Virus record (IMG/VR): IMGVR_UViG_3300036715_000626
Span: 124,001-188,000 of that record
Direction: 5' to 3' (one strand)
DNA: 64,000 nucleotides
The notes under the pieces are model-generated. The model made no database searches. It was not told the origin of the DNA and saw only the letters and a program-made list of their open reading frames with translations. This document shows, one piece after another, positions 47,200 through 56,330 of this stretch; positions within the stretch are counted from its first letter, which is position 1, and every line of letters starts with the position of its first letter. The position numbers and the translations under genes are program-made.

Positions 47200-49549
47200 G
47201 ATTAAACTTTTTGAAGGGTTTCTTTTTAACAGGATCGTTTTCCTGTTTCGCTATAATAGCAACGACCTCATCGACGGTTAAGTTTCTTATAGCACTTTCT
47301 AACATATCTTTAGGTAATTTAAAGTTACCTTTTGGATATCCACCACCCACCCCATGTCTGAGTATATATGGTCCAAACCGACCATTTATAATACTAATTT
47401 CTCCATAGGGATTAATCGTTTTATTCCAAAGTAATGCAGTTGCTTTCTTCTCATCAATCTCTTTGATAATATCTAATGCTCTAGATATTTCTATAGTATA
47501 GACATTATCTTGCTCTGAGTTAAGAGGATAGTATTTATTTCCAGATTTTAGATATGGACCAAACTTACCGATACCGACAATTACATTTTCCCCTTTATTA
47601 TTTTTACCCAGTATCTTAGGAATAGTTAAGTACACCAAAGCTTGTTCTAATGTTACTTCGTTAAATTTCACATCCCTAGGTACTGTCGCTACTTTAGGTT
47701 TTATCTTTTTCTCTTTATCAGGATCGCCTACCTGAATGTAGTTTCCGTAATTACCAGATTTAACTTTAATAGCTAACCCAGTTTCAGCATCTACCCCAAG
47801 CACTCGTTCTTCCGTGTATTGAACACGCTCACCATCTTCTTTAGCTACCAAATCTTTACTAAAGTTGGTATAGAAGTTACGGATAACCTCTTGCCACTCA
47901 ATTTCACCTGCGGCTATCTTATCAAACTCTGCTTCAATATTCGCAGTGAAAGCTATATCCACGATATAAGGAAAGTTCATCGTTAAGTAATCAGTAACAG
48001 CCATAGCAATAACAGTAGGTACCAGTTTCTTATCGCCATCAATCTCAACATAACCTCTGGTTGTTATGGTAGATAAAGTAGAAGCATAGGTTGATGGTCT
48101 ACCGATCCCTTCTTGCTCCATCTTCTTAACTAGAGAAGCTTCCGTGTATCTAGGAGGTGGTGATGTAAAATTTTGCTCGGCTGAAAGAACTGTATTATTA
48201 AACATGGTATTCAAAGGAACGTTAGGAAGAAACTTTTCTTTCTTACCTATACTCTCATCACCATCGTCATTACCTTCGGTATAGGCTTTCATAAACCCAG
48301 GAAATAATATCTTGGTTCCTTTAGCTACGAATTCGTATTCTCTATTAGAACCTCCATATATTTTATAGGTAGTAGTAGCAACTTTAGCTGCTGTCATTTG
48401 TGTTGCTAATGTTCTTTGCCAAATCAACGTATAGAGCTTTAACTCTTTGCTGTCAACATACCGAGCAATATCACTTGGCTTAATAGACATATCAACAGGC
48501 CGTATAGCTTCATGTGCTTCTTGGGCAGCTACTTTAGCATTACCTTTGGCGCTATAAGTTCTAGGTGAACTAAGAGCATACTCTGTTCCGTAGTCAGAGA
48601 GTATAACCCGTTTACAAGCATCAAGAACCAGCTGTGAAAGATTGAGACTATCTGTTCTCATATACGTTATAAGACCACCAGGTTGATTGGGTATACTAAA
48701 CCCACCTTCATACAGCTTCTGTGCAACAGACATAGTTTGTTTAGGAGACATACCTGCTTTGGTACTTGCTTCTTGTTGTAATGATGATGTTGTAAACGGA
48801 GCAGGAGGAGTTCTAAAACTATCCTTCTCATCAACACTACTCAGAACATAATTACTCTTATCACACTCAGCTTTTATAGTGGATGCTTGTAACTCGTTTT
48901 CTACTTTAATAACCTTACCGTTGTGTTTAGAAAATTCAGCCTTAAATGCCAGGTCAGTAAGTATGTCAAGTTTTAGCTTCCAAAATTCATCTGGTATAAA
49001 ACTTTTTATTTCACGTTCTCTGTCAACAACAATTTTAAGAGTAGAGCTTTGAACCCTACCAGCACTCAGGCCACCTTTAACTTTCTTCCATAATAGAGGA
49101 GAGAGCTTGTAACCAACGATACGATCAAGTATGCGTCTAGCCTGCTGAGCATTAACCATATTGATATCTAACTCTCTAGGGTGCTCTAACGCGTGCAGGA
49201 TAGCAGACTTGGTTATCTCGTGAAATACAATCCGTTTAGGATTGTAATTCTCAATACCTAGCGTAGGAATAAGATGCCATGATATAGCTTCACCTTCACG
49301 GTCTTCATCACTGGCTAGGTAAATAGTAGTGTCTTTACCTATATATCGTTTTAGTTCAGATATAACTCTTTTCTTATCGACAGAAACTTCGTACTGAGGA
49401 TTGAAGTTATTTTCAGTATCTACTCCTAAAGTAGATTTAGGAAGATCTCGTATATGACCATATGACGCCAGTACTTTGTATTCACTTCCTAAAAACCCAG
49501 TAAGTGTTTTGGCCTTAGCAGGAGATTCTACAATAATCAGATTTTTCAT
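47192..49549 (-). CDS. topA: Type IA DNA topoisomerase with C-terminal Toprim_C repeats
   Basis: LIIVESPAKAK, GHIRDLP, DEDREGEAI, SAGRVQS, ITYMRTDS, AHEAIRP, GIGRPSTYA, G.FGPY repeats. Confidence 0.95.
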   Translation of the reverse strand: MKNLIIVESPAKAKTLTGFLGSEYKVLASYGHIRDLPKSTLGVDTENNFNPQYEVSVDKKRVISELKRYIGKDTTIYLASDEDREGEAISWHLIPTLGIENYNPKRIVFHEITKSAILHALEHPRELDINMVNAQQARRILDRIVGYKLSPLLWKKVKGGLSAGRVQSSTLKIVVDREREIKSFIPDEFWKLKLDILTDLAFKAEFSKHNGKVIKVENELQASTIKAECDKSNYVLSSVDEKDSFRTPPAPFTTSSLQQEASTKAGMSPKQTMSVAQKLYEGGFSIPNQPGGLITYMRTDSLNLSQLVLDACKRVILSDYGTEYALSSPRTYSAKGNAKVAAQEAHEAIRPVDMSIKPSDIARYVDSKELKLYTLIWQRTLATQMTAAKVATTTYKIYGGSNREYEFVAKGTKILFPGFMKAYTEGNDDGDESIGKKEKFLPNVPLNTMFNNTVLSAEQNFTSPPPRYTEASLVKKMEQEGIGRPSTYASTLSTITTRGYVEIDGDKKLVPTVIAMAVTDYLTMNFPYIVDIAFTANIEAEFDKIAAGEIEWQEVIRNFYTNFSKDLVAKEDGERVQYTEERVLGVDAETGLAIKVKSGNYGNYIQVGDPDKEKKIKPKVATVPRDVKFNEVTLEQALVYLTIPKILGKNNKGENVIVGIGKFGPYLKSGNKYYPLNSEQDNVYTIEISRALDIIKEIDEKKATALLWNKTINPYGEISIINGRFGPYILRHGVGGGYPKGNFKLPKDMLESAIRNLTVDEVVAIIAKQENDPVKKKPFKKFNRK

Positions 49550-49670
49550 CGGACCTCTTTTGTTTATTATTATTTACTAGAACGTAACTCAAATATACGT
49601 ATGTAATTATCATATTGTTCTAATAGTGAATTGCCTGGTACACATTCTTGTTGATTGTGTAAGAGTATAG

Positions 49671-49868
49671 TTAATACATCGTTAATTCTTCAAGTCCCTT
49701 TAAAGCTTCTTTGGTTTCTTCTATACTAGGAATCTCAGGAATACCTGTTTCTTCACCTTTTTTAGGAAACTTATCATTACCACGATATTGAATATCGCGC
49801 ACATTACCATTTTTCGCTATTTCTTTACTACCACCTACAAGGTTTAACATAGGTTGGGCTATTAGCAT
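49671..49868 (-). CDS. Small hypothetical protein
   Basis: The likely start is MLIAQPM at 49868 behind GAGGAG; the track start at 49931 overlaps the promoter and hairpin. Confidence 0.6.
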   Translation of the reverse strand: MLIAQPMLNLVGGSKEIAKNGNVRDIQYRGNDKFPKKGEETGIPEIPSIEETKEALKGLEELTMY

Positions 49869-49898
49869 TGTAACTCCTCTTAATATATTGCTACTTAA

Positions 49899-49906
49899 AT
49901 AATATG
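49899..49906 (-). promoter_or_regulatory. Putative early promoter CATATTAT variant
   Basis: About 31 nt upstream of ATG 49868. Confidence 0.5.
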
Positions 49907-49928
49907 TGTTTGTAAAAAAATAAGAGGA

Positions 49929-49952
49929 CACACTAGCTTAAAAGCTAGTGTG
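49929..49952. terminator. Palindrome (11-bp arms, 2-nt spacer)
   Basis: CACACTAGCTT-AA-AAGCTAGTGTG. Confidence 0.65.
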
Positions 49953-49968
49953 CGTATCACTTTTTATT

Positions 49969-51186
49969 CTACTTACTGTACAGATCTACTTTAAGTTTGA
50001 AGTTGTCAACAACTTCATTATAGGTATCCCCGACAGCATCGATTAAATCGATACCTGTGTTAACATAACAATACCATGTATTGGTATGACGATTATACGA
50101 GATCTCTCCTATACAACCTTCATATTCGACAGTATTGTTACTAAAATTATTAAACTCGATATGTTTATCGTTATTAAAAATATCGTAATTAAAAATATCG
50201 TAATAATCACGAATATCAATACTTTGGTTATCAATTTCTCCAAAGGTTCTCAATAAGAACATACCCATATCAAAAACTACACCTGGTGCGGTGATGCAGT
50301 TAAAGAATTCTGCCATATCTAAGTTAGCGCTATCTAGCGGTATACTTCTACCCGCAGCATGTTTATGTCCCTTAGGAACTAATAACTTAGTTAAATCGAT
50401 ACTTGGATCAGATGATCGAAATGAAAACACTAACTCAGTAGCTGTAAAGAAATACATCATAACAAATGGATATTGTTTAGACAACTCATTACCGATTTCA
50501 GATATTAACGTAGTTGTATTTAAACAAGGTATTTCATATTTACCCCATTTAACTAACGCAGGTTGTTTAGAAGCTACTTTAGTAATAATACTTGCTTGGT
50601 ATTCTAAAATACCCTTACCGCCAGTCGTAGCTCCTAATAAAAATTCACTATCAGACACATCATACATTGTTTTAAGTGTTGATATATCATTAATGTAAAG
50701 TGATAAATAAGCATTAACTTCTTTAGAAAACGACTGTTCCCATTTCCAAATATCACGATCCTCTATATATTTAAGCATGAGAGGAACTTCTCTAAATGGA
50801 AATAAGAATTGAAATGTCAACACAGCGCCTGAATGGGTCTTATCAAAGATACAGAAATCTAAACCTGTAAGTTCTTTTTCAGCTGATTCATGATGGTCGA
50901 TTAAGACTAATGAGTTTGCCTCTTTTTCCATCGCTAATAAAGTTTCTCTATCGAATGAGAAATCTGCTATTAAAACATTTTTACCTTTAACATCCGGTTT
51001 TACCGGATTTTGCCCGTACTGAGCTGAGTATACTTCGGGTCTTTCGATACCCGCCTCGTCAGCCGCTTGGTTACAGGCGAGAATACACCCGTTACCATCC
51101 ATGCAACCCTTATGGGTAATTAAAACCCATGGTCGATCATTTTCTAAAATCGCATTTATGAATGCATCTTTTTTTTCTTGTGTCAT
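49969..51186 (-). CDS. DHH/DHHA1 phosphoesterase with a C-terminal HicB-like extension
   Basis: THKGCMDG, ADFSF, LIDHHES, DRDIW and GHKHAAG motifs; last ~53 aa resemble a HicB N-terminal domain. Confidence 0.8.
   Translation of the reverse strand: MTQEKKDAFINAILENDRPWVLITHKGCMDGNGCILACNQAADEAGIERPEVYSAQYGQNPVKPDVKGKNVLIADFSFDRETLLAMEKEANSLVLIDHHESAEKELTGLDFCIFDKTHSGAVLTFQFLFPFREVPLMLKYIEDRDIWKWEQSFSKEVNAYLSLYINDISTLKTMYDVSDSEFLLGATTGGKGILEYQASIITKVASKQPALVKWGKYEIPCLNTTTLISEIGNELSKQYPFVMMYFFTATELVFSFRSSDPSIDLTKLLVPKGHKHAAGRSIPLDSANLDMAEFFNCITAPGVVFDMGMFLLRTFGEIDNQSIDIRDYYDIFNYDIFNNDKHIEFNNFSNNTVEYEGCIGEISYNRHTNTWYCYVNTGIDLIDAVGDTYNEVVDNFKLKVDLYSK
50173..50202 (+). repeat. Perfect 15-bp in-frame tandem duplication (YDIFN x2)
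   Basis: ATTAAAAATATCGTA x2 in the DHH gene linker. Confidence 0.9.
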
Positions 51187-51214
51187 TTTACTTCCTTTTA
51201 TTTTATCTGTTATT

Positions 51215-51222
51215 ATAATATA
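51215..51222 (-). promoter_or_regulatory. Putative early promoter TATATTAT
   Basis: About 29 nt upstream of the DHH gene. Confidence 0.55.
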
Positions 51223-51261
51223 GAACTATAAAATATTGGAACTAACATAAAAAAAGAACTA

Positions 51262-51289
51262 CTACACTAACCCAATTGGGTTAGTGTAG
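51262..51289. terminator. Perfect 28-bp palindrome
   Basis: CTACACTAACCCAATTGGGTTAGTGTAG. Confidence 0.7.
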
Positions 51290-51433
51290 GTAATTACAAT
51301 GTGCGAGTGAATCTATAAGCTGCTCTTGTATGTCTTGGTCTACTAGAGACCGATACTTATCAGAAGCATACTTTTTATATAACTCGAGATCTGTAGATAC
51401 GTATTGATTTGGTACTTTTACATTGTTATCCAT
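51281..51433 (-). CDS. 50-aa hypothetical protein (not in ORF track)
   Basis: Manual translation MDNNVKVPNQYVSTDLELYKKYASDKYRSLVDQDIQEQLIDSLAHCNYLH; starts 2 nt after the upstream stop. Confidence 0.55.
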   Translation of the reverse strand: MDNNVKVPNQYVSTDLELYKKYASDKYRSLVDQDIQEQLIDSLAHCNYLH

Positions 51434-51434
51434 A

Positions 51435-51779
51435 TTACAAAGAGCCTCCTATAACTCGCGCTGCAACAGATTCAATCTGGTTACTAAGGTCGTCTATGAA
51501 CGCACGCATACACGTTATAAACATCATAACGAATGCTGTTTCACTAGATAAACCACCTAGTTGAAAATGGTTTAAGATGACATCTGGAAGATAGTCACTA
51601 AGAGTAACTCCCAATGACTCCATACTTTCTTTCACTTCATCTACCATTTGATTAACACGAGTAATGTTTATTTCATTACTATTTAACTTTTGCATACTGC
51701 AAAGTTCGGTGTAACTAGGCATTATAATGTTATCAAGTTTATCAATAGCCTCTGCTACTAATTCTTTAGGTGTTTTCAT
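51435..51779 (-). CDS. Hypothetical protein
   Basis: 114-aa ORF with AAGGA SD. Confidence 0.65.
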   Translation of the reverse strand: MKTPKELVAEAIDKLDNIIMPSYTELCSMQKLNSNEINITRVNQMVDEVKESMESLGVTLSDYLPDVILNHFQLGGLSSETAFVMMFITCMRAFIDDLSNQIESVAARVIGGSL

Positions 51780-52119
51780 TTGCCATCCTTAGAAACAAGT
51801 AAGATAGGTTCGACATCAATTTTATTTTCATTAGTATATTGTGGTGTTTCGAAGTCGATCACCGCTCGTGCCGCGACATCATTATTACGAGTATCAACTA
51901 TAGTTTCAAGACCACAGATAATATAGTTTCAAGACCACAGATAATTCCTTTTTCTAAACTTAATGGAGTTAAGATTTCTAACCACTTAGCTTGAATGTCA
52001 GGTTCCCCGTAATTTTCATAGTCTTGAAAAGTGTTACGACCATCAGGTATTTTGATAGCTACTTTTTGTAAAGTATTATCTATAAAAATAGACAATAAAA
52101 CATATAAATCTGAATTCAT
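51776..52119 (-). pseudogene. 106-aa hypothetical gene frameshifted by a 23-bp tandem duplication
   Basis: TATAGTTTCAAGACCACAGATAA occurs twice (51899-51921, 51922-51944). Removing one copy restores a frame that ends in TGA overlapping the next ATG. Confidence 0.7.
51899..51944 (+). repeat. Perfect 23-bp tandem duplication
   Basis: TATAGTTTCAAGACCACAGATAA x2, read directly. Confidence 0.95.
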
Positions 52120-52177
52120 TTACACTCCCTCTATTTTTGTTATATATTCAAAACTATGACCAGTTTTACCACACCAC

Positions 52178-52948
52178 TCACGTAGATCGTCTAATAACTC
52201 TTCTGTGATAATTTTGGTTTTCTATAAACTCTTTTCTAGCAGTTAGTCGTGATTCTTGGTTATCTAATAACCCCGTTCCATAATGTGAGTTATCGTTAAA
52301 CCTTTTAGCGGATTTTGATAAAGCCTCTTGTATCAACTCAGGCGCAATCTCGGCTATAATATCATGAACAACATACGACATAACCTGACCACCATCAATA
52401 ATCTTGAAACAATGCTTATCAAAAGTTTCACACCCACTATAAAATAACATAATACTAGAGTATAATTCAGATTGTTTTTTAGCTTTATCAATAGTAGTAA
52501 ATACATCTCCAACGCTATTATCTCCTCTGAGGTGTAAACGTTTTATTGCTACATCAGGTTTGACATCAATATAAAATGTCAAGTCAGGTTTGATGTCGAA
52601 CTTAGCCATTCCTACAATGTCTGAAAATAATGAGTCATCGAGATACGCGATAGTGGAATAAAACCAGCGGTCACATAGAACAATAATACCTTGATCTAGA
52701 TATACCTTAATCTCTTCTACAACATTATGTAGTTCTGCTAAGAATAAATTAGCAATATATCTATCATTAACATAAGGTTCCTTATGATTAATAATATCTC
52801 TAAGCAATACTCCTAAAGGTCCTTTAGTAATATTCTTAACAGCGACTGCAGGAACAGCGTTGCTGTTAAGTATGTTTGCTACAGACTCTACAGCAGATGA
52901 TTTACCCGCGCCATCAATTCCTTCAAATACGTATAATTTACCGTACAT
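52178..52948 (-). CDS. tmk: Thymidylate kinase
   Basis: FEGIDGAGKSS P-loop, VLCDRWFYSTIAY and KPDLTFYIDV. Confidence 0.92.
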   Translation of the reverse strand: MYGKLYVFEGIDGAGKSSAVESVANILNSNAVPAVAVKNITKGPLGVLLRDIINHKEPYVNDRYIANLFLAELHNVVEEIKVYLDQGIIVLCDRWFYSTIAYLDDSLFSDIVGMAKFDIKPDLTFYIDVKPDVAIKRLHLRGDNSVGDVFTTIDKAKKQSELYSSIMLFYSGCETFDKHCFKIIDGGQVMSYVVHDIIAEIAPELIQEALSKSAKRFNDNSHYGTGLLDNQESRLTARKEFIENQNYHRRVIRRST

Positions 52949-52957
52949 AGTCTTTCC

Positions 52958-53425
52958 TTATTTAATTTTAGCCAGAAGTTGTTTTACTACTTTGCCTATC
53001 TCTTTAGGTATAGCATCGTATACCATTTCTATTGGTAACATATCATATTGTTGTTCCAATCCTGATATATCTACCATACCAATAACACCGTCTCTTACCG
53101 TGTCGATAGCAGTGTAATAATCATTTTGCGATAGATTATACATAAACGCAGAACATATTACATAACCACCGGCTTGAACCATATTAAAAATTCCTTCCAT
53201 CAGTTCTTTAAATATTACAGATGAAAATATCTGACCTATCTTAATCGATGTTTGTTCGGGGTCTGTACCTACATCACTTAGTAATAACGCAACATCTTTC
53301 TCCATATTGTTATCTATAATGATAACTGTGTATCCTCGTTTAACAAGAACACGTTTAATATAGATAGAAACTATTGCACTAATAACTGGGTCATTTTCAA
53401 CAACCGCTACTATATTACCTACCAT
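52958..53425 (-). CDS. Degenerate, P-loop-less Tmk-like paralog
   Basis: Aligns by eye to the adjacent Tmk (MVGNIVAVVENDP vs MYGKLYVFEGIDG; VQAGGYVICSAFMY vs LDQGIIVLCDRWFY). Confidence 0.45.
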   Translation of the reverse strand: MVGNIVAVVENDPVISAIVSIYIKRVLVKRGYTVIIIDNNMEKDVALLLSDVGTDPEQTSIKIGQIFSSVIFKELMEGIFNMVQAGGYVICSAFMYNLSQNDYYTAIDTVRDGVIGMVDISGLEQQYDMLPIEMVYDAIPKEIGKVVKQLLAKIK

Positions 53426-53437
53426 TTTATTCCTTTG

Positions 53438-54436
53438 TTATGTGCTATAAAATAGATCTTCTATTTGTGGTCCTGAAGTACCGGCTTCGCCTGTAAAACT
53501 ACCATCATCACTTACTAATAGCACCATTAATCCGTTACCAGATCTACAGGTAACTTTATCGTTATCAATGCTAATAACATCTTTACCAGAAATACTAATA
53601 GTCGTATAATCTTTAAGACTAATATACTCCCTACCGTTCTTATCAAAACGATCCTTAGGGAAACTGTACGGATTAAACTCTACTGGTTCGTTATCCGTGT
53701 TTCTTATTTCCTTAACAATATACATAATGTCTTTAGTAAGTATATCAAGATTAAGTATTGTAAGTAGATACTCTAGACTATCATTAGGATGAGCCAAGTG
53801 TTCTTTGACTAAGGCTTGTAAATGATCGAAGCTAAATACAATTGACTTCTTATAGATATTTTTCAAATCATTATGAAATTTGGGATCTACATTATAGTCA
53901 GCGCAGTATTCAGTAATAATGCTTTCTTCAATACGACTATAGTCAATTCGATAGAGTGCCCTGCCGGGTCTACTACGAATAAAACTAGAGATAGTATGTT
54001 TGTTATTCTCTGTTATAAAAAACAGTTTCTTAGTACGGTTAATACCGGATAACATGGTTAACATTTTCTCTTGAAGTTGCATATTGAAATTCTTACTGAA
54101 CTCGTCAAACAGTATGACTGCGTCAGTTACACCATTGATATATTTAACCGTATCAATATCAGCATTTATATCCGTTACAACGATAACCGGTAGCCCACAA
54201 TCTATAGCGATATTGGCAGTTACTTGCGCTTGCTCAGTTTTACCAGATCCTGAATTACCTGTAAGTATTACTCCGATAGATTTTTCAGATACAGCAAAGG
54301 TATTCCAAAAACGAAGAGCTAATTGTTCTACATTACCATACAGTTTCTTAGGTAAAGTGAATCTTTCGATATCAGGTTCGATGTAATGAACATTATCTTG
54401 TTTTCTTAAATAATATACTCCAGCTGGGTATTGCAT
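53438..54436 (-). CDS. AAA+ ATPase
   Basis: GNSGSGKT Walker A, ILFDEFSK Walker B, FITEN and RPGR arginine finger. Confidence 0.88.
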   Translation of the reverse strand: MQYPAGVYYLRKQDNVHYIEPDIERFTLPKKLYGNVEQLALRFWNTFAVSEKSIGVILTGNSGSGKTEQAQVTANIAIDCGLPVIVVTDINADIDTVKYINGVTDAVILFDEFSKNFNMQLQEKMLTMLSGINRTKKLFFITENNKHTISSFIRSRPGRALYRIDYSRIEESIITEYCADYNVDPKFHNDLKNIYKKSIVFSFDHLQALVKEHLAHPNDSLEYLLTILNLDILTKDIMYIVKEIRNTDNEPVEFNPYSFPKDRFDKNGREYISLKDYTTISISGKDVISIDNDKVTCRSGNGLMVLLVSDDGSFTGEAGTSGPQIEDLFYST

Positions 54437-54476
54437 GTTATCTCCTAGTGCTTCTATTTAATAGAGGTCTCTATAA

Positions 54477-54484
54477 ATAATATA
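54477..54484 (-). promoter_or_regulatory. Putative early promoter TATATTAT
   Basis: About 41 nt upstream of the AAA ATPase gene. Confidence 0.55.
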
Positions 54485-54519
54485 TGGTTGTCTCTTTTTA
54501 AATATATGTTTGAAATAAA

Positions 54520-54723
54520 ATGATTACAGGAACTACTATGCCACAGACCACTACACAAAAACAATTTAACCAAGCTATACAAGAAATATTAAGAAATATT
54601 GATTTAAATCAAGGAGATATGGGAGAGGATGGCTGTTTAACAGACCAGTTCTATGACAGAGATGACATTTCTGCTGAAAAGAAAAAGATTCTTAAAAATC
54701 TAACTACTATGCTGAAAGGTTGA
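54520..54723 (+). CDS. Small hypothetical protein
   Basis: Probable start MPQTT behind AGGA; overlaps the next gene. Confidence 0.55.
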   Translation: MITGTTMPQTTTQKQFNQAIQEILRNIDLNQGDMGEDGCLTDQFYDRDDISAEKKKILKNLTTMLKG

Positions 54724-55787
54724 ACATGCTTATTATAGAAGATTTAAATACTGGGGCTATACATAAATTAGAGAATACCTGTATTACTAAAAGCTTACGA
54801 GCTATTCGTGAATATGAAAACATTATCTTGTTTCTGGATAAAGTGTCGTTTAAACAACTAACTGAGCAACAGAAAAGTGTGTTATTAGATTATACGATAA
54901 CTAACTATAATTATGATGTTTTTAAACTACCGGCTTTAGAGATAGTGGTATTTATGTATAATAAACCTTCAGATATTAACCGCATAAAAGATGGCTTTGT
55001 AGATTATAAGAATGCGCATGGAATTACCATAACTCATAATTATTTTTTAATACGACCATTTATACATGATAATAATCTTAAAGGAGCATGGGAAATGGCT
55101 ACGTTACCAAATCTACCAATCGAGCATATTGTTGCCAGTGTTAATGTAAATGAGACTGGTATATGGACACGTTTAAAGAAACGTTTAGGAATATACAGTA
55201 CAAAAGATCTTGTTGACGCTTCTAACTATACTTTGAGTATAGCTAATGACCAGATATCTCGTATGAATAGTGCAAATACTATCTTGGGTACAAACTATAG
55301 AGAAATGCAGGATAGTCGCGATGCTATGAGTAAAGATCTTAAAGAAGCTCTTATTGCAGTTGAAGTAGGTAAAAATAGTTCTGCTGCCATAGTTACTAAA
55401 CTAAACGAAGAAAAATTAACTGCTCTCGATGACCAGTCTCGTAGATATGAAGAACGTCTACGTGACAATAATGCGGCACACGAAAATATTCGCGTTAAAC
55501 TTGAAGGTTCTGTTAATGAGCTAACACGTATTAATAAAGATCTTGAATCTAAACTTACTGACACATTAATACAACAAGCTTCAGCGAGTTTACCGATTCC
55601 AATTCCGGAAAATTTTACTAAAGTTAAACCAACTATTAGACTGTTTAGCTGTGAAGAAGTAACCGCTATTCGAGAAATGGCTGATAAGCATTCAGTTCCT
55701 CTTAAACTTCTTAAAATCGTAACTGGGTCATCAAGTTCAACACTTTCTCGTATGATTCGTAAACTTACGTATGCGGAATGCAAATAA
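54720..55787 (+). CDS. Coiled-coil protein with a putative C-terminal HTH
   Basis: Heptad region at roughly aa 170-280; FSCEEVTAIRE...VTGSSSSTLSRMIRKLTY resembles an HTH. Confidence 0.6.
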   Translation: MNMLIIEDLNTGAIHKLENTCITKSLRAIREYENIILFLDKVSFKQLTEQQKSVLLDYTITNYNYDVFKLPALEIVVFMYNKPSDINRIKDGFVDYKNAHGITITHNYFLIRPFIHDNNLKGAWEMATLPNLPIEHIVASVNVNETGIWTRLKKRLGIYSTKDLVDASNYTLSIANDQISRMNSANTILGTNYREMQDSRDAMSKDLKEALIAVEVGKNSSAAIVTKLNEEKLTALDDQSRRYEERLRDNNAAHENIRVKLEGSVNELTRINKDLESKLTDTLIQQASASLPIPIPENFTKVKPTIRLFSCEEVTAIREMADKHSVPLKLLKIVTGSSSSTLSRMIRKLTYAECK

Positions 55788-55797
55788 AAAAAGACTG

Positions 55798-55823
55798 CTA
55801 CATACCGGATATCCGGTATGTAG
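55798..55823. terminator. Perfect 26-bp palindrome
   Basis: CTACATACCGGATATCCGGTATGTAG between convergent genes. Confidence 0.75.
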
Positions 55824-55827
55824 TTAG

Positions 55828-56271
55828 TTAATATTTTTCATCAAAGTTTTGACCTTTAATGGTAATGCGTTCCGCTTTATCCATATTAGCCAAAGCTAAT
55901 GATATCTTAGCATTAGAACGTACTAAGCGGACTTCTTGCTCAAGAGACTTAACCGTGTCTCTTAGTGAACTAATACTATCTTCAAGACCCCATACCTCTT
56001 TAAAGAACATTTTAAGTTCACGTGCTTCTACTAAAACATCTCCGGTTAAACCGGAGTTAATTAACTCTACTGGAGTAATGTATTTATTATTACCCCTAGA
56101 ATTTCTATTACCGAGTTCACTCACAACAATAGTAGCTTTAGTAGCTACTTTATTGTTAGCATCTTCGATCATCTTTATGAGCATTTGTACCTCGCCTGCT
56201 GTGATGTCAATCCGTTTATCCGGGTTCATCAACTTAATCTCACCTAGTGACACTGGTCTGCTTTTAAACAT
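55828..56271 (-). CDS. Hypothetical protein
   Basis: 147 aa; GAGG SD; TATATTAT upstream. Confidence 0.65.
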   Translation of the reverse strand: MFKSRPVSLGEIKLMNPDKRIDITAGEVQMLIKMIEDANNKVATKATIVVSELGNRNSRGNNKYITPVELINSGLTGDVLVEARELKMFFKEVWGLEDSISSLRDTVKSLEQEVRLVRSNAKISLALANMDKAERITIKGQNFDEKY

Positions 56272-56303
56272 GATAATACCTCTTTAGTATGTTATACTAT
56301 ATT

Positions 56304-56311
56304 ATAATATA
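56304..56311 (-). promoter_or_regulatory. Putative early promoter TATATTAT
   Basis: About 33 nt upstream of ATG 56271. Confidence 0.55.
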
Positions 56312-56330
56312 GTCCTATAAAAAAATAGAA

